Shown: positions 1 to 10,316 of the stretch, one piece after another
Layout of the letters: the number at the start of each line of letters is the position of its first letter
Position numbering within the stretch: the stretch's first letter is position 1
From: Candidatus Omnitrophota bacterium
GTDB lineage: Bacteria > Omnitrophota > Gorgyraeia > Pluralincolimonadales > Pluralincolimonadaceae
Reading direction: 5' to 3'
Assembly: GCA_041653595.1 (NCBI GenBank)
Contig: JBAZFB010000008.1
Coordinates: 1 to 62,663, forward strand
DNA length: 62,663 nt
The notes under the pieces: model-generated
Told to the model about the DNA's origin: nothing
The model's database searches: none
The model's input: only the letters and a program-made list of their open reading frames with translations
Program-made: the position numbers and the translations under genes

Positions 1-798
1 GCCGAGCTAAAAGAGAAGCTGCTGACCGCGGAGAACATCGAATATGTCTATAAAAAGGTGGAGAAGGCGGCCGCAGAAGGCCTTAATACGATACCGGACG
101 AGGTAAAGAAAAAGAAGGCGCAATACGAGAAGGTACAGCAGGAGATAAACAATTACTTGAATTTTATCAGAACAGGTAATCTCTCGAAAGCGGTTTCAGA
201 GGCCCTCTCCTCTGCCGAGAAGAAGAACGAGGAGTTGACCGGAGAAATAGGGTCTCTGGAGTTCCAGGAGAAGAAGAGCTTCAAAACGCCTCCTAAGGAA
301 TGGATAGACCATCGGTTGGCGAACCTGCGCGAGACCCTGAGTAAGGACACCATCTCTTCTGCCCTAGCGCTTAAAGAGCTGCTTTCGCCCATAATGCTTG
401 AACCGGTGCTGAGCAAGGACGCGGACTTCTACAGCCTTTTTACAGGGGAAGAAAAGGATTTTAAGCCCTATTACGTCGCTCATACCAAAATCGAAACCCT
501 TGCCCTCCTGGATGAGGAGAACAAGGGTTCGAATTGGTATCACTGGCGGAGAGTGGAGGATTCGAACCTCCGGTCGACTTACGTCGACAACGGTTTTCGA
601 GACCGCCGCATTCGACCGCTCTGCCAACTCTCCGCGAACTCAATCTTGGTGGTAGTGAAGCGGATCCCGCGGGTATATCCCGCGGGATTCATGCTTATCT
701 ACCTCGTTTATATAAACTCACCAACTCCGCCTTCCCAAGCACATGCCCCGTCATCATCTTCTCAACGGTCAGACGGCTTGCGTTTTTGGGAAGGTTAA
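1..798 (+). CDS. Large serine recombinase, C-terminal part (5'-partial; the 3' end is probably not native)
   Basis: Frame 1 is open from nt 1, with no stop before the GTG at 58. The translation (..NYLNFIRTGNLSKAVSEAL..KEWIDHRLANLRETL..ALKELLSPIMLEPV..KPYYVAHTKIETLALL) has the coiled-coil and C-terminal tail layout typical of large serine recombinases. From about nt 544 the ORF reads through the antisense of tRNA-Ser and the 3' end of the PEBP gene, so the last ~85 codons are doubtful. Confidence 0.5.
   Translation, partial: AELKEKLLTAENIEYVYKKVEKAAAEGLNTIPDEVKKKKAQYEKVQQEINNYLNFIRTGNLSKAVSEALSSAEKKNEELTGEIGSLEFQEKKSFKTPPKEWIDHRLANLRETLSKDTISSALALKELLSPIMLEPVLSKDADFYSLFTGEEKDFKPYYVAHTKIETLALLDEENKGSNWYHWRRVEDSNLRSTYVDNGFRDRRIRPLCQLSANSILVVVKRIPRVYPAGFMLIYLVYINSPTPPSQAHAPSSSSQRSDGLRFWEG
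544..633 (-). tRNA. tRNA-Ser (anticodon CGA)
   Basis: Hand-folded from the reverse complement GGAGAGT..ACTCTCC-G-CCA. Anticodon arm is GCGGT/CTCGAAA/ACCGT, giving CGA. Long variable arm GTCGAC-GTAA-GTCGAC. T arm GGAGG-TTCGAAT-CCTCC. CCA is encoded. Confidence 0.9.
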
Positions 799-1219
799 GT
801 TTCAGGTCCAGCGCGTAAACTCTGAATATATACCTGTGCGTCCCGCTAGGCGGCGCAGGACTTACGTATTTATTCTTCCTTAAAGTATTAAGCCCCTCTG
901 TTCCCGGAATACTGTTCTCTTCGATCTTTGAAACAACCGGGATGTCATATACGACCCAGTGGGTGAACGTCCCGGACGGCGCATCAGGATCGTCCATTAT
1001 AAGCACGAGGCTCTGCGTCCCGGCGGGAATGCCTTCGATATCCAACTCAGGGTTCACGCCCTGCCCGTCAATGGTGAATTTTTTAGGCAGGTTGCCGTTG
1101 TTGGAAAATTCAGGAGATGTAAGGTTCATATTAACGCCTCCTTTGGGTTCGGCAGAGCAAATTCCAAAAGAAAATATAAAGAACAAAATTAACGATAAGC
1201 TAAAATATTTCCGAAACAT
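695..1219 (-). CDS. YbhB/YbcL-family Raf-kinase-inhibitor-like (PEBP) protein, with signal peptide
   Basis: 174-aa ORF with an N-terminal hydrophobic signal. Contains the PEBP motifs ..LIMDDPDAPSGTFTHWVVYDIP.. and ..PPSGTHRYIFRVYALD... Confidence 0.85.
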   Translation of the reverse strand: MFRKYFSLSLILFFIFSFGICSAEPKGGVNMNLTSPEFSNNGNLPKKFTIDGQGVNPELDIEGIPAGTQSLVLIMDDPDAPSGTFTHWVVYDIPVVSKIEENSIPGTEGLNTLRKNKYVSPAPPSGTHRYIFRVYALDLKLNLPKNASRLTVEKMMTGHVLGKAELVSLYKRGR

Positions 1220-1250
1220 GTTAGCCCTCTTATTCCTAAGGGAAATTTTA

Positions 1251-1341
1251 TGGCGGAGAGGCCGAGATTCGAACTCGGGGTGGGCATAACACCCACAACA
1301 GTTTTCAAGACTGCCGCTTTCAACCGCTCAGCCACCTCTCC
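1251..1341 (-). tRNA. tRNA-Ser (anticodon UGA)
   Basis: The reverse complement GGAGAGGTGGCTGAGCGG..GCAGT-CTTGAAA-ACTGT gives anticodon TGA. Long variable arm GTGGGTGTTATGCCCAC. T arm CCGAG-TTCGAAT-CTCGG. 3' end CCTCTCC-G-CCA. Confidence 0.9.
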
Positions 1342-1361
1342 GCTCGCTCTATTTTAGTGGT

Positions 1362-1403
1362 AGCGAGCAGTATCCCGACGAATATGTCGTCGGGATACTC
1401 GCT
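1362..1403. other. Long imperfect inverted repeat (hairpin) between the membrane protease-like gene and tRNA-Ser(UGA)
   Basis: agcgag-cag-tatcccgacg / aatatgt / cgtcgggata-ctcgct. This is a 10-bp plus 6-bp stem with a 3-nt bulge and a 7-nt loop. Neither strand has a convincing U-tract. Confidence 0.5.
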
Positions 1404-1450
1404 TTGGCATATCCAAAAGTATCGCGAATTACACAACTATATCATATAGC

Positions 1451-2122
1451 TTACGCGCGCCTCAAGGAAAACATCTGCCTGAAGAGCCACAGGTACATAT
1501 CCCTCCCGACCTCGTAAGCGTTTATCGCGTAATTTTTTAACGAGAAATCAAAGAACACGAAATTCAGTATGGCCGCCGCGATGCTTAAATTTATCAGGTA
1601 TATCAGGACTATCGAAAAGAGGTAGCCGCTCTTGACCAGGTCCGGCTGTTTCGTCTTCAGGAACTCGACAGTCATGACGAAATGAAAAGTCAGCGTCAGT
1701 CCGACCGCGAAAAGGAAGACGCCGATAAAATCCCTTATATCCCAGATCTGCCTGGCGATGTACCAGATGAGGATCATCACCAGGGTATACGTCGGGAAGA
1801 AATAGGGCGCGAGGCTGATGAACAGGTTTGCCTTAGTCCCCTTCACCTCCCCGCCCTTCTTCGAGACCTTGAAGCTCTTGACCTTCCCGGCCGAGACGAA
1901 CATCGCCAGCGCGTGAGTCAGCTCGTGCCCAAAGATATATACGACATTCGGTTTGAAGAGCACCGTGTGCATTATCAGGTAGACGACGATGCCGAGAAGG
2001 AAAAACCACTGGTTACTGTCGACCGAATAGATCTTTCCTATCTCGTGATACAGAGAATAAGAGGCGGAGATGACAAACGGTATGGCGAGTATCGAGACGA
2101 TGAATTTTGTAATGCGGCCCAT
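1451..2122 (-). CDS. Polytopic membrane protein with an HExxH motif (M50-like / zincin-like metalloprotease candidate)
   Basis: 223-aa ORF with about 6 hydrophobic segments. The motif FGHELTHALAM sits at a membrane boundary. The stop overlaps the serS stop region. Confidence 0.6.
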   Translation of the reverse strand: MGRITKFIVSILAIPFVISASYSLYHEIGKIYSVDSNQWFFLLGIVVYLIMHTVLFKPNVVYIFGHELTHALAMFVSAGKVKSFKVSKKGGEVKGTKANLFISLAPYFFPTYTLVMILIWYIARQIWDIRDFIGVFLFAVGLTLTFHFVMTVEFLKTKQPDLVKSGYLFSIVLIYLINLSIAAAILNFVFFDFSLKNYAINAYEVGRDMYLWLFRQMFSLRRA

Positions 2123-3405
2123 TATTTTTTCGGCGGGACTATTTTGTCTTTTCCGTCCATATAAGGCCGGAGGACCTCCGGGATAGTCACGCTGCCGTCC
2201 TTGTTCTGGTAATTCTCGAGTATGGCGATGACCGTGCGCGCCATGGCCACGCCCGAGCCGTTTAACGTATGGACATATTCGGACTTGCCCGTATCTTTGG
2301 AGCGGAATTTTATGTTGGCGCGCCTCGCCTGGAAATCCTCGAAATTAGAGCAGCTCGAGACCTCAAGCCAGGCGTTGACGCCGGGGGCGAATGCCTCAAA
2401 ATCATAGCATTTCGCGGCCGAGAAGCTTAAATCGCCGGTAGATAACGCGACGATCCTGTATTGCAGGTCGAGTTTCTGGAGGACCTTCTCGGCGTTCCCG
2501 ACGAGTTTCTCGAGCTCGTCATAGGACGTGCCGGGTTTCACGAATTTGACCAACTCGACCTTGTCGAATTGGTGGACGCGCATCAGCCCCTTTGTGTCCT
2601 TTCCGTAAGAGCCGGCCTCGCGCCTGAAACACGCCGTATAGGCCGTGTAATAGACCGGAAGGGCTTCCTCGTCGAGTATCTCGTTCATATGGAGGTTCGT
2701 AAGCGGCACCTCCGCGGTCGGGACAAGGAACAGGTCCTCGTCTTTCAGCCGGTACATATCTTCCTCAAATTTAGGCAGCTGGCCCGTCCCTGTCATCGCG
2801 GCGCGGTTGACCAAGAACGGCGGGAAGATCTCCCTGTACCCGTGCTCCTTCGTGTGAAGGTCCAGCATAAAGTTTATCAAAGAACGCTCAAGTTTCGCCC
2901 CGTCGCCCTTAAAGAGCGGGAAATTGCTCCCGGTTATCTTCGCGGCGCGCGGGAAGTCCAATATATCGAGATATTCGCCCAGCTCGATATGCGTGAGCGG
3001 CTTGAAATCGAGTTTCCTCTCCTTGCCCCACGTCTTCACTATCTTATTTGCGGAGGCATCTTTGCCGACAGGCACGGACTCGTGCGGGATATTCGGGATA
3101 TTATACAGCGCGGCCTGGATATCCTTATCTATAGCCCTTATTTCCTCGTCGATAGATTTTTCTTTTTCCGAGATCGCCTTCATCCCGGAGATCTTCGCCT
3201 TGGCATCCTGTTTCTCGCGAAGAAGTTTCGCTATCTCGTCCGAGGCGATATTCTTATTGCGCTTTATCTCCTCCGTTTCCTTGAGGAGTTCGCGGCGTTT
3301 CCCGTCAAGCGCGAGCAGGCCGTCGATATCCGCGGGCTTGCCGCGTTCTTCGCAGGCCTTCTTCACCTTATCGGGATTATCTCTTATGAATTTTAAGTCT
3401 AGCAT
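2122..3405 (-). CDS. serS: Seryl-tRNA synthetase
   Basis: [14 protein letters not shown].. N-terminal coiled coil, plus class II motifs ..[22 protein letters not shown].. and ..[18 protein letters not shown]... I moved the start to the ATG at 3405 because the longer ORF (to 3462) would overlap tRNA-Lys. Confidence 0.93.
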   Translation of the reverse strand: MLDLKFIRDNPDKVKKACEERGKPADIDGLLALDGKRRELLKETEEIKRNKNIASDEIAKLLREKQDAKAKISGMKAISEKEKSIDEEIRAIDKDIQAALYNIPNIPHESVPVGKDASANKIVKTWGKERKLDFKPLTHIELGEYLDILDFPRAAKITGSNFPLFKGDGAKLERSLINFMLDLHTKEHGYREIFPPFLVNRAAMTGTGQLPKFEEDMYRLKDEDLFLVPTAEVPLTNLHMNEILDEEALPVYYTAYTACFRREAGSYGKDTKGLMRVHQFDKVELVKFVKPGTSYDELEKLVGNAEKVLQKLDLQYRIVALSTGDLSFSAAKCYDFEAFAPGVNAWLEVSSCSNFEDFQARRANIKFRSKDTGKSEYVHTLNGSGVAMARTVIAILENYQNKDGSVTIPEVLRPYMDGKDKIVPPKK

Positions 3406-3427
3406 GTCGGGTTCGCCGTAAAAAAAT

Positions 3428-3503
3428 TGGTGAGCCGCCTGAGACTTGAACTCAGCACCCACGGCTTAAAAGGCCGTTGCTCTACCGGATGAGCTAGCGG
3501 CTC
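3428..3503 (-). tRNA. tRNA-Lys (anticodon UUU)
   Basis: Reverse complement GAGCCGC-TA-GCTC..GAGC-A-ACGGC-CTTTTAA-GCCGT..CTGAG-TTCAAGT-CTCAG-GCGGCTC-A-CCA. 76 nt. Confidence 0.9.
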
Positions 3504-3508
3504 ACTTG

Positions 3509-4084
3509 CTAAATCTCTGTTATCTCTTTTTCTTTGGCTGCCAAGAGTTCTTCGACTTTGGCGATATACCTGTCGGTCAGCTTCTGGATAGCGTCCTGGC
3601 CGGTGAACTTCTCGTCTTCCGTGATGATCTTCTCTTTTTCGATCTTCTTCAAATGCTCTATCGCCGCGTGGCGGACGTTCCTTACGGATATCCTGCCGTC
3701 CTCGGCCATCTTCTTTACCACCTTGGCCAGCTCGATGCGGCGCTCTTTCGAGAGGTCCGGTATCTGCAGACGGATGAGTTTCCCGTCATTCACCGGCGTT
3801 ATCCCGAGATCGGATTTTAATATGGCCTTCTCTATATCGCCGCAGACCGTCGCGTCCCACGGCTGGATCACTATGAGTTTCGCGTCGGGAGTCGATATCG
3901 CCGCGAGCGATTTTAAGGGCGTCGGCGTGCCGAAATAATCTACCCTTATGCCGTCGACAAGCGCCGGCGTCGCGCGGCCTGTGCGAACCGTGGAAAACTC
4001 GTGCGAGAGCACTTCCCCGCTCTTCTTCATCCTCGTTTCCGTGTCGATCAGGATCTCTTTTATGGTATGGCCTTCGAAGTCCAT
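3509..4084 (-). CDS. frr: Ribosome recycling factor
   Basis: 191 aa. Contains ..LSHEFSTVRTGRATPALVDGIRVDYFGTPTPL..VIQPWD.. and lies in the canonical pyrH-frr context. Confidence 0.92.
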   Translation of the reverse strand: MDFEGHTIKEILIDTETRMKKSGEVLSHEFSTVRTGRATPALVDGIRVDYFGTPTPLKSLAAISTPDAKLIVIQPWDATVCGDIEKAILKSDLGITPVNDGKLIRLQIPDLSKERRIELAKVVKKMAEDGRISVRNVRHAAIEHLKKIEKEKIITEDEKFTGQDAIQKLTDRYIAKVEELLAAKEKEITEI

Positions 4085-4102
4085 CTCGCCCTCTCCTTCT
4101 TC

Positions 4103-5348
<1,246 letters not shown>

Positions 5349-5352
5349 CTAT

Positions 5353-6213
5353 TTAGACCTTCGTTGTTTTTTTGGTTTTTTTCGCTACGGGTTCTTCCGG
5401 GGCGGCCTTCTTTCCCTTGAGGACCTGCTTGCTCAGGTCTTCGACCGCTTCTTCGTCCACTTCGACCTTCTCTTCTTCGCCGGCTTCGGCCGCGACCCTT
5501 GCTTCTTCCGCTGCTTTTCCGTCGAGGTAGGCCTTCCTTCCCTGCATTATCGCGTCAGAGACCATGCCCGAAATAAGTTTTATCGAGCGGATGGCGTCGT
5601 CGTTGCCGGGTATCGGGTAATCTATCTTGTCCGGGTCGCAGTTGGTATCGATGAGCCCGACTACCGCCAGGCCCAGTTTATTCGCTTCGGCGACGGCGAT
5701 CTCCTCTTTCTTCGAGTCGACTATGAAAATGGCGGCAGGGACCTTGCCCATATCAAGCACGCCTTCGAGGACGCGGTTGAGTTTCGCCTGCTCCCTGGTA
5801 AGCTTTGCCACTTCTTTCTTGGAAAGCTTCTCCATGGTGCCGTCTTCCTTCATCCGGGTGATATCTTTATGCCTTTTTATCGATTTTTTGAGCGTCGCGA
5901 AGTTTGTGAGCATGCCGCCCAGCCAGCGCTCGGTCACGTAGAACATGCCGCTGCGCAGGGCCTCCTCCTTCATGACGTCCTTCGCCTGTTTCTTCGTCCC
6001 CACGAAGAGGATTATATCGCCTTTTGAGGCTATCTCCCTCAAATAGCCGAGCGCCCTCTCCAGCGCCTTCTCGGTCTTTTCCAGGTCGATAATGTAGATG
6101 CCGTTCTTCTCTCCGAAGATGAACTTCTTCATCTTGGGGTTCCAGCGCTTCTTCTGGTGGCCGAAGTGGACTCCCGCTTCAAGTAACTGTTTTATAGTCT
6201 GCGTAGCTGCCAA
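5353..6213 (-). CDS. rpsB: 30S ribosomal protein S2, with an acidic/lysine-rich C-terminal extension
   Basis: ..IKQLLEAGVHFGHQKKRWNPKM... I prefer the TTG start at 6213, preceded by AAGGAGGAGG 5 nt upstream, over the ORF-track start at 6315. Confidence 0.88.
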   Translation of the reverse strand: MAATQTIKQLLEAGVHFGHQKKRWNPKMKKFIFGEKNGIYIIDLEKTEKALERALGYLREIASKGDIILFVGTKKQAKDVMKEEALRSGMFYVTERWLGGMLTNFATLKKSIKRHKDITRMKEDGTMEKLSKKEVAKLTREQAKLNRVLEGVLDMGKVPAAIFIVDSKKEEIAVAEANKLGLAVVGLIDTNCDPDKIDYPIPGNDDAIRSIKLISGMVSDAIMQGRKAYLDGKAAEEARVAAEAGEEEKVEVDEEAVEDLSKQVLKGKKAAPEEPVAKKTKKTTKV

Positions 6214-6325
6214 CGAAACCTCCTCCTTATGTTTATTTGCTTTCTGTCCTTGACTGCGGTCAAGGATCTCGCCCCTCTTTATGTTAGGGGCTCGATAATC
6301 GGGTGATTTTAGCACAATTAGGGGG

Positions 6326-8149
6326 TTAATTCAAGCCTTTTTCTTCTAAGAACTGGAGGTCATAGAGACGTTTATAGAGGCCATTCTTGCGGAGTAATTC
6401 CTCGTGGGTTCCTGTCTCGACTATCCTGCCCTTGTCCAGGACGATGATCTTGGTGGCAAATTTGACGGTTGAGAGCCTGTGGGCGATCACAAAGACGGTC
6501 CTGCCCTTTATGAGCTTCTCCAGGGCGTCCTGCACCAGCTTCTCGGATTCCATGTCTAACTGGGAAGTCGCCTCGTCCAGTATCAAAATAGGTTCGTCCT
6601 TGAGCACGGCGCGGGCTATTGCTATCCTCTGGCGCTCGCCGCCGGAAAGACGGTAACCCCTCTCGCCGACTATCGTGTCATATCCCTTGGGCAGTTTTGA
6701 TATGAAATCATGGGCGTTGGCGACCTTGGCCGCGTTTATTATCTCCTCGCCTGAAGCGGCCTGGTTCCCGTAGGCAATATTCGTCTTTATCGTATCGTGG
6801 AAGAGTATCGTCTCCTGCGTGACAATGCCTACCTGGCCGCGCAGCGAGTCAAAGGTCACTTCTTTTATGTCATTGTTATCAATAAGGATGCGTCCGTTAT
6901 TCGGATCATAAAACCTGGGGATGAGGTTCACCAGGGTGGATTTTCCGCTGCCGCTGGGCCCTACTATGGCGAGGATCTCGCCCCGCTTCACCGTGAGATC
7001 TATGCCTTTGAGCACGGCCTCTTTTTCATACGAGAAATCGATCTTGTCGAATACGATACTGCCGCGGAAATCATCCATTTTGGCGGCGCCCGGCTTTTCG
7101 CGGACCGTCATCTCCATATCCAGTAGCTCGAATATCCTCTCAGCCGCGCCGAGGGCCTTTTGGTTGATGGAGTTTATCTTGCCGAGGGCGCTAAGAGGCC
7201 GGGCAAGCATGAATATGGCGAAAATAAAAGCGATAAAACCCGCCGGGTCCACGCCCCTCGCGATGAACTCCCTTCCTCCCATCCACAATATGACGCAGCC
7301 GCAGCCGACGGCCGTGAATTCGGTCAGCCAGTCGAGGGCCTTCTCTCTCTTCGCCGACCTCATGAACATCTTATATAACCCGTTGTTTTGTTCGGCGAAC
7401 TTATCCCTTTCGTAAGGCTCCATCGAGAAGGCTTTCACGATGCGCATGCCGCCTATGGTCTCGACGAGGGTCGTGGTGACGTTCCCCATCTGCTCCTGCG
7501 TCTGCCTGGAGATCTTCCTTAATTTCTTGCCTATCTGCACTATCGGGAACATTATCAGCGGGAATACCACGAAACTCAGGAGAAGGAGCAGCCAGCTGAT
7601 GTTGAACACCGCCCGCAGGAAGAAGATCATGAATATATAGACGACGACCTGGGAAGACTGGTAGACGAGGTTCGTAAGGCCTTCTGTCACGGAATTCTGT
7701 ATTATGCTGGTGTCGTAGATGATGCGCGAGACCAGTGCGCCGGTGTGCGATTTGTTATAAAAATCGAGAGAGAACCGGAGGAGTTTATCGTATATCGACC
7801 GCCTTAAGTCGGTGAGGACCCTCGTGCTCACATCGGTCATGAGGAATCCCTGGAAGAAAGTGAACATGCCCCTGAAGAAAAAGGCCGCGACTATGCCGAT
7901 GATGATATACATGAAAAGGTCGAGACGCGGGACCGTATTGGAGTAACTTATGAAATCCTTGAGGAACTGCGGCATCTTATCCGGCACGCTCATCGGGGCG
8001 TTGCGCAGGACGTTATTTATGATGGGAAATATGGCCGCGGTTGTCACGAACCCGAAGATGACGCTGTTTATCAGCATGCACAGGTTCGCCAACAGCAATG
8101 TCGGGATATGCGGTTTTATGAATTTAAGCAAACGGAGGTAGAGTTTCAT
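6326..8149 (-). CDS. msbA: ABC exporter with fused permease and ATPase, MsbA-like lipid A/lipid flippase
   Basis: Six-TM exporter domain, then Walker A GPSGSGKST, signature LSGGERQR and Walker B ILILDEATS. Divergent from an lpxB operon. The start is set at MKLYLRLLKF; the ORF extends to 8212. Confidence 0.8.
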   Translation of the reverse strand: MKLYLRLLKFIKPHIPTLLLANLCMLINSVIFGFVTTAAIFPIINNVLRNAPMSVPDKMPQFLKDFISYSNTVPRLDLFMYIIIGIVAAFFFRGMFTFFQGFLMTDVSTRVLTDLRRSIYDKLLRFSLDFYNKSHTGALVSRIIYDTSIIQNSVTEGLTNLVYQSSQVVVYIFMIFFLRAVFNISWLLLLLSFVVFPLIMFPIVQIGKKLRKISRQTQEQMGNVTTTLVETIGGMRIVKAFSMEPYERDKFAEQNNGLYKMFMRSAKREKALDWLTEFTAVGCGCVILWMGGREFIARGVDPAGFIAFIFAIFMLARPLSALGKINSINQKALGAAERIFELLDMEMTVREKPGAAKMDDFRGSIVFDKIDFSYEKEAVLKGIDLTVKRGEILAIVGPSGSGKSTLVNLIPRFYDPNNGRILIDNNDIKEVTFDSLRGQVGIVTQETILFHDTIKTNIAYGNQAASGEEIINAAKVANAHDFISKLPKGYDTIVGERGYRLSGGERQRIAIARAVLKDEPILILDEATSQLDMESEKLVQDALEKLIKGRTVFVIAHRLSTVKFATKIIVLDKGRIVETGTHEELLRKNGLYKRLYDLQFLEEKGLN

Positions 8150-8246
8150 TACATTAAATCTTACCATACGGCGACGGGGGCTGTAAAGGCGAAATTGCCC
8201 TTGCAAACGCACTTTTTATCCTATAAAATAGCTCGAAAGGCGAAAA

Positions 8247-9179
8247 ATGGACAAGATAAAGGTCGGGGTAATAGGAGTCGGGCACCTGGGACAGCACCAT
8301 GCGCGCATATACGCGGGCATGGAGGGCGTCGAGCTCGCCGGGATATGCGACACCGATATCAGGCGCGCGAAGAAATTCGCAAGGAAATACAGGACAAACG
8401 CCTTCACCGACTACAAACAGATGTTCAGCGTAATAAACTGCGCCTCTGTGGTCGTCCCTACCGAACTCCACTACCACGTAGCCAAAGATTGCCTCTTAAA
8501 CGGTATATCCGTCCTCATAGAGAAACCGGTGACAAAATTCGTCGGCGAGGCCGATGACCTGTTGAATATCGCAAGGGAGCGCAAGCTCATCATCCAGGTC
8601 GGGCACATCGAAAGGTTCAACGCCGCGGTCCGCGCCCTCGACGAGATACCGGGCAACGTCAGGTTCATCGAATGCCACCGGCTCGGCCCTTTCAAGAAAC
8701 GCGCCCTCGACGTCGGCGTAGTCCTCGACCTGATGATACACGACATAGACATAATACTCGGCCTCGTCAGGTCTGAGGTCGCCTCGATAGACGCGGTCGG
8801 CGTCAATATCCTGACCGACCACGAGGACCTCGCGAACGTCAGGATAAGGTTCAAGAACGGCGCTGTCGCGAACCTGACCGCGAGCCGCGTAACGAAATCC
8901 GAGATGCGCAAGATACGCCTCTTTAAGGACGACTGCTATGTATCGCTCGATTACATCAAGCAGGAAGCGGTGCTCTATAGGAAGGTTAACAACAGGATCA
9001 CCGGAAAACTTATAAACATCAAAAAGGAAGAGCCGCTAAAAAAAGAGCTCGAGGCCTTCATAAACTGCGCGAGGACCGGCGAGCGGCCGCTCGTCTCCGG
9101 CGAGGAAGGGCGCGACGCGCTTAAATTCGCGCTGCAGATAGAGGACGCGATAAGGGAAAACCTGAAGAACAATGCCTAA
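8247..9179 (+). CDS. Gfo/Idh/MocA-family NAD(P)-dependent oxidoreductase
   Basis: N-terminal Rossmann fold KVGVIGVGHLGQHH and the EKP motif (LIEKPV). Its stop overlaps the lpxB start by 8 nt. Confidence 0.8.
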   Translation: MDKIKVGVIGVGHLGQHHARIYAGMEGVELAGICDTDIRRAKKFARKYRTNAFTDYKQMFSVINCASVVVPTELHYHVAKDCLLNGISVLIEKPVTKFVGEADDLLNIARERKLIIQVGHIERFNAAVRALDEIPGNVRFIECHRLGPFKKRALDVGVVLDLMIHDIDIILGLVRSEVASIDAVGVNILTDHEDLANVRIRFKNGAVANLTASRVTKSEMRKIRLFKDDCYVSLDYIKQEAVLYRKVNNRITGKLINIKKEEPLKKELEAFINCARTGERPLVSGEEGRDALKFALQIEDAIRENLKNNA

Positions 9180-10308
9180 AAAGATAATGATAATAGCGGG
9201 CGAGGCTTCGGGCGACCTGCACGGCTCAAGCCTCGCTCTCGCGTTGAAAGAGCTCGAGCCGGACATAAAACTCACCGGCATGGGCGGCGGGAAGATGATC
9301 AAAGCCGGCCTGCAATCGTTCCAGGACATAAAAGACCTCTCGGTCATCGGCCTCCTCGAGATATTAAGCAGCCTCGGGAAATTCAAGGCCGCGTTTAACC
9401 TCCTCGCGGGAAAGCTCGATTCCGAAAAACCTGACGCGGTCATCCTTATCGATTATCCGGAATTCAACCTGCGGTTCGCGAAAGAGGCAAAGAAGCGCGG
9501 CATCCCTGTCATGTATTACATAAGCCCTCAGATATGGGCATGGCGCAAGGGACGCGTGAATATCGTAAAGAAATACGTCGACAAGATGCTAGTCATCCTG
9601 GGATTCGAGAAGGATTTTTACGCGAAGGAAGGCGTAGACGTGGAATTCGTGGGGCATCCCCTGCTCGACGTGGTTAAACCCTCCTTCGGCAGGGAAGAGT
9701 TCCTGAAGAAATACAACTTTGAACCGGCCTTCAAAACGATAGCCCTCTTGCCCGGATCGCGCCTCACCGAGATCGAAAGAAATCTCCCTATAATGCTCAA
9801 AGCCGCCAAACGGATAAAGGACAGGTTCGGGGATACGCAGTTCATACTTGCCAAGCCGCCGGAGATAAGTGCCTCCGCATACGAAAAAATACTAAAGAAG
9901 GCGCCGCTTAAGCCCGCGGTCGCGGAAGGTCAACCGTATGACTGCATAAACGCCGCGGAACTGGTCCTGGTCGCTTCCGGGACCGCGACGGTCGAGACGA
10001 TGATACTAGAGAAGCCGATGCTGATAATATATAAGGTCTCTCTTCTTACGTGGCTCGTCGGGAAACTGCTGGTCAAGGTCCCGAATATAGGCCTCGTGAA
10101 TATTATCGCCGGCGAAAAGATAGTGCCGGAATTGGTACAATTCGACGCGACGCCATCTAAGATATCCTCAGAGGTCTCCTCTCTCTTCTCCTCCCCGGAA
10201 AAGACGGAAGCGATGAAGGCGCGGCTTGCCGCGGCAAAAGCGGAATTGGGCGGGCCCGGTGCAAGCAGGCGCGCCGCGGAGATAATTCTCAAACAGTTAA
10301 GAAAGTGA
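9172..10308 (+). CDS. lpxB: Lipid-A-disaccharide synthase
   Basis: 378 aa. Contains ..IMIIAGEASGDLHGSSL.., ..ISPQIWAWRKGR.. and ..LLPGSR... Confidence 0.9.
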   Translation: MPKKIMIIAGEASGDLHGSSLALALKELEPDIKLTGMGGGKMIKAGLQSFQDIKDLSVIGLLEILSSLGKFKAAFNLLAGKLDSEKPDAVILIDYPEFNLRFAKEAKKRGIPVMYYISPQIWAWRKGRVNIVKKYVDKMLVILGFEKDFYAKEGVDVEFVGHPLLDVVKPSFGREEFLKKYNFEPAFKTIALLPGSRLTEIERNLPIMLKAAKRIKDRFGDTQFILAKPPEISASAYEKILKKAPLKPAVAEGQPYDCINAAELVLVASGTATVETMILEKPMLIIYKVSLLTWLVGKLLVKVPNIGLVNIIAGEKIVPELVQFDATPSKISSEVSSLFSSPEKTEAMKARLAAAKAELGGPGASRRAAEIILKQLRK

Positions 10309-10316
10309 AGTGTCTC

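Noticed and set aside
2461-3396. Long plus-strand ORFs lying antisense to well-supported minus-strand genes. Examples are 2461-3396, 5155-6027, 11727-12275, 23878-25068, 26160-27230, 36780-37925, 44527-45084, 50554-51291 and 60398-61225.
   Set aside because: Each lies entirely inside a gene with clear family motifs on the opposite strand. Their translations are low-complexity (Arg/Pro/Ala/Leu-rich) with no motifs. These are the typical shadow ORFs of GC-rich coding DNA.
3406-3462. N-terminal extensions of ORF-track calls: serS to 3462, rpsB to 6315, msbA to 8212, gdhA to 18454, purF to 27533, purC to 32148, DUF4019 to 42933, Trx-fold to 48173, secreted coiled-coil to 52910, M48 to 58081 and surE to 60071.
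   Set aside because: The extensions overlap a tRNA gene or the preceding CDS, and they encode Arg-rich junk. Internal starts restore canonical N-termini, SD sequences or ATGA-type start/stop overlaps.
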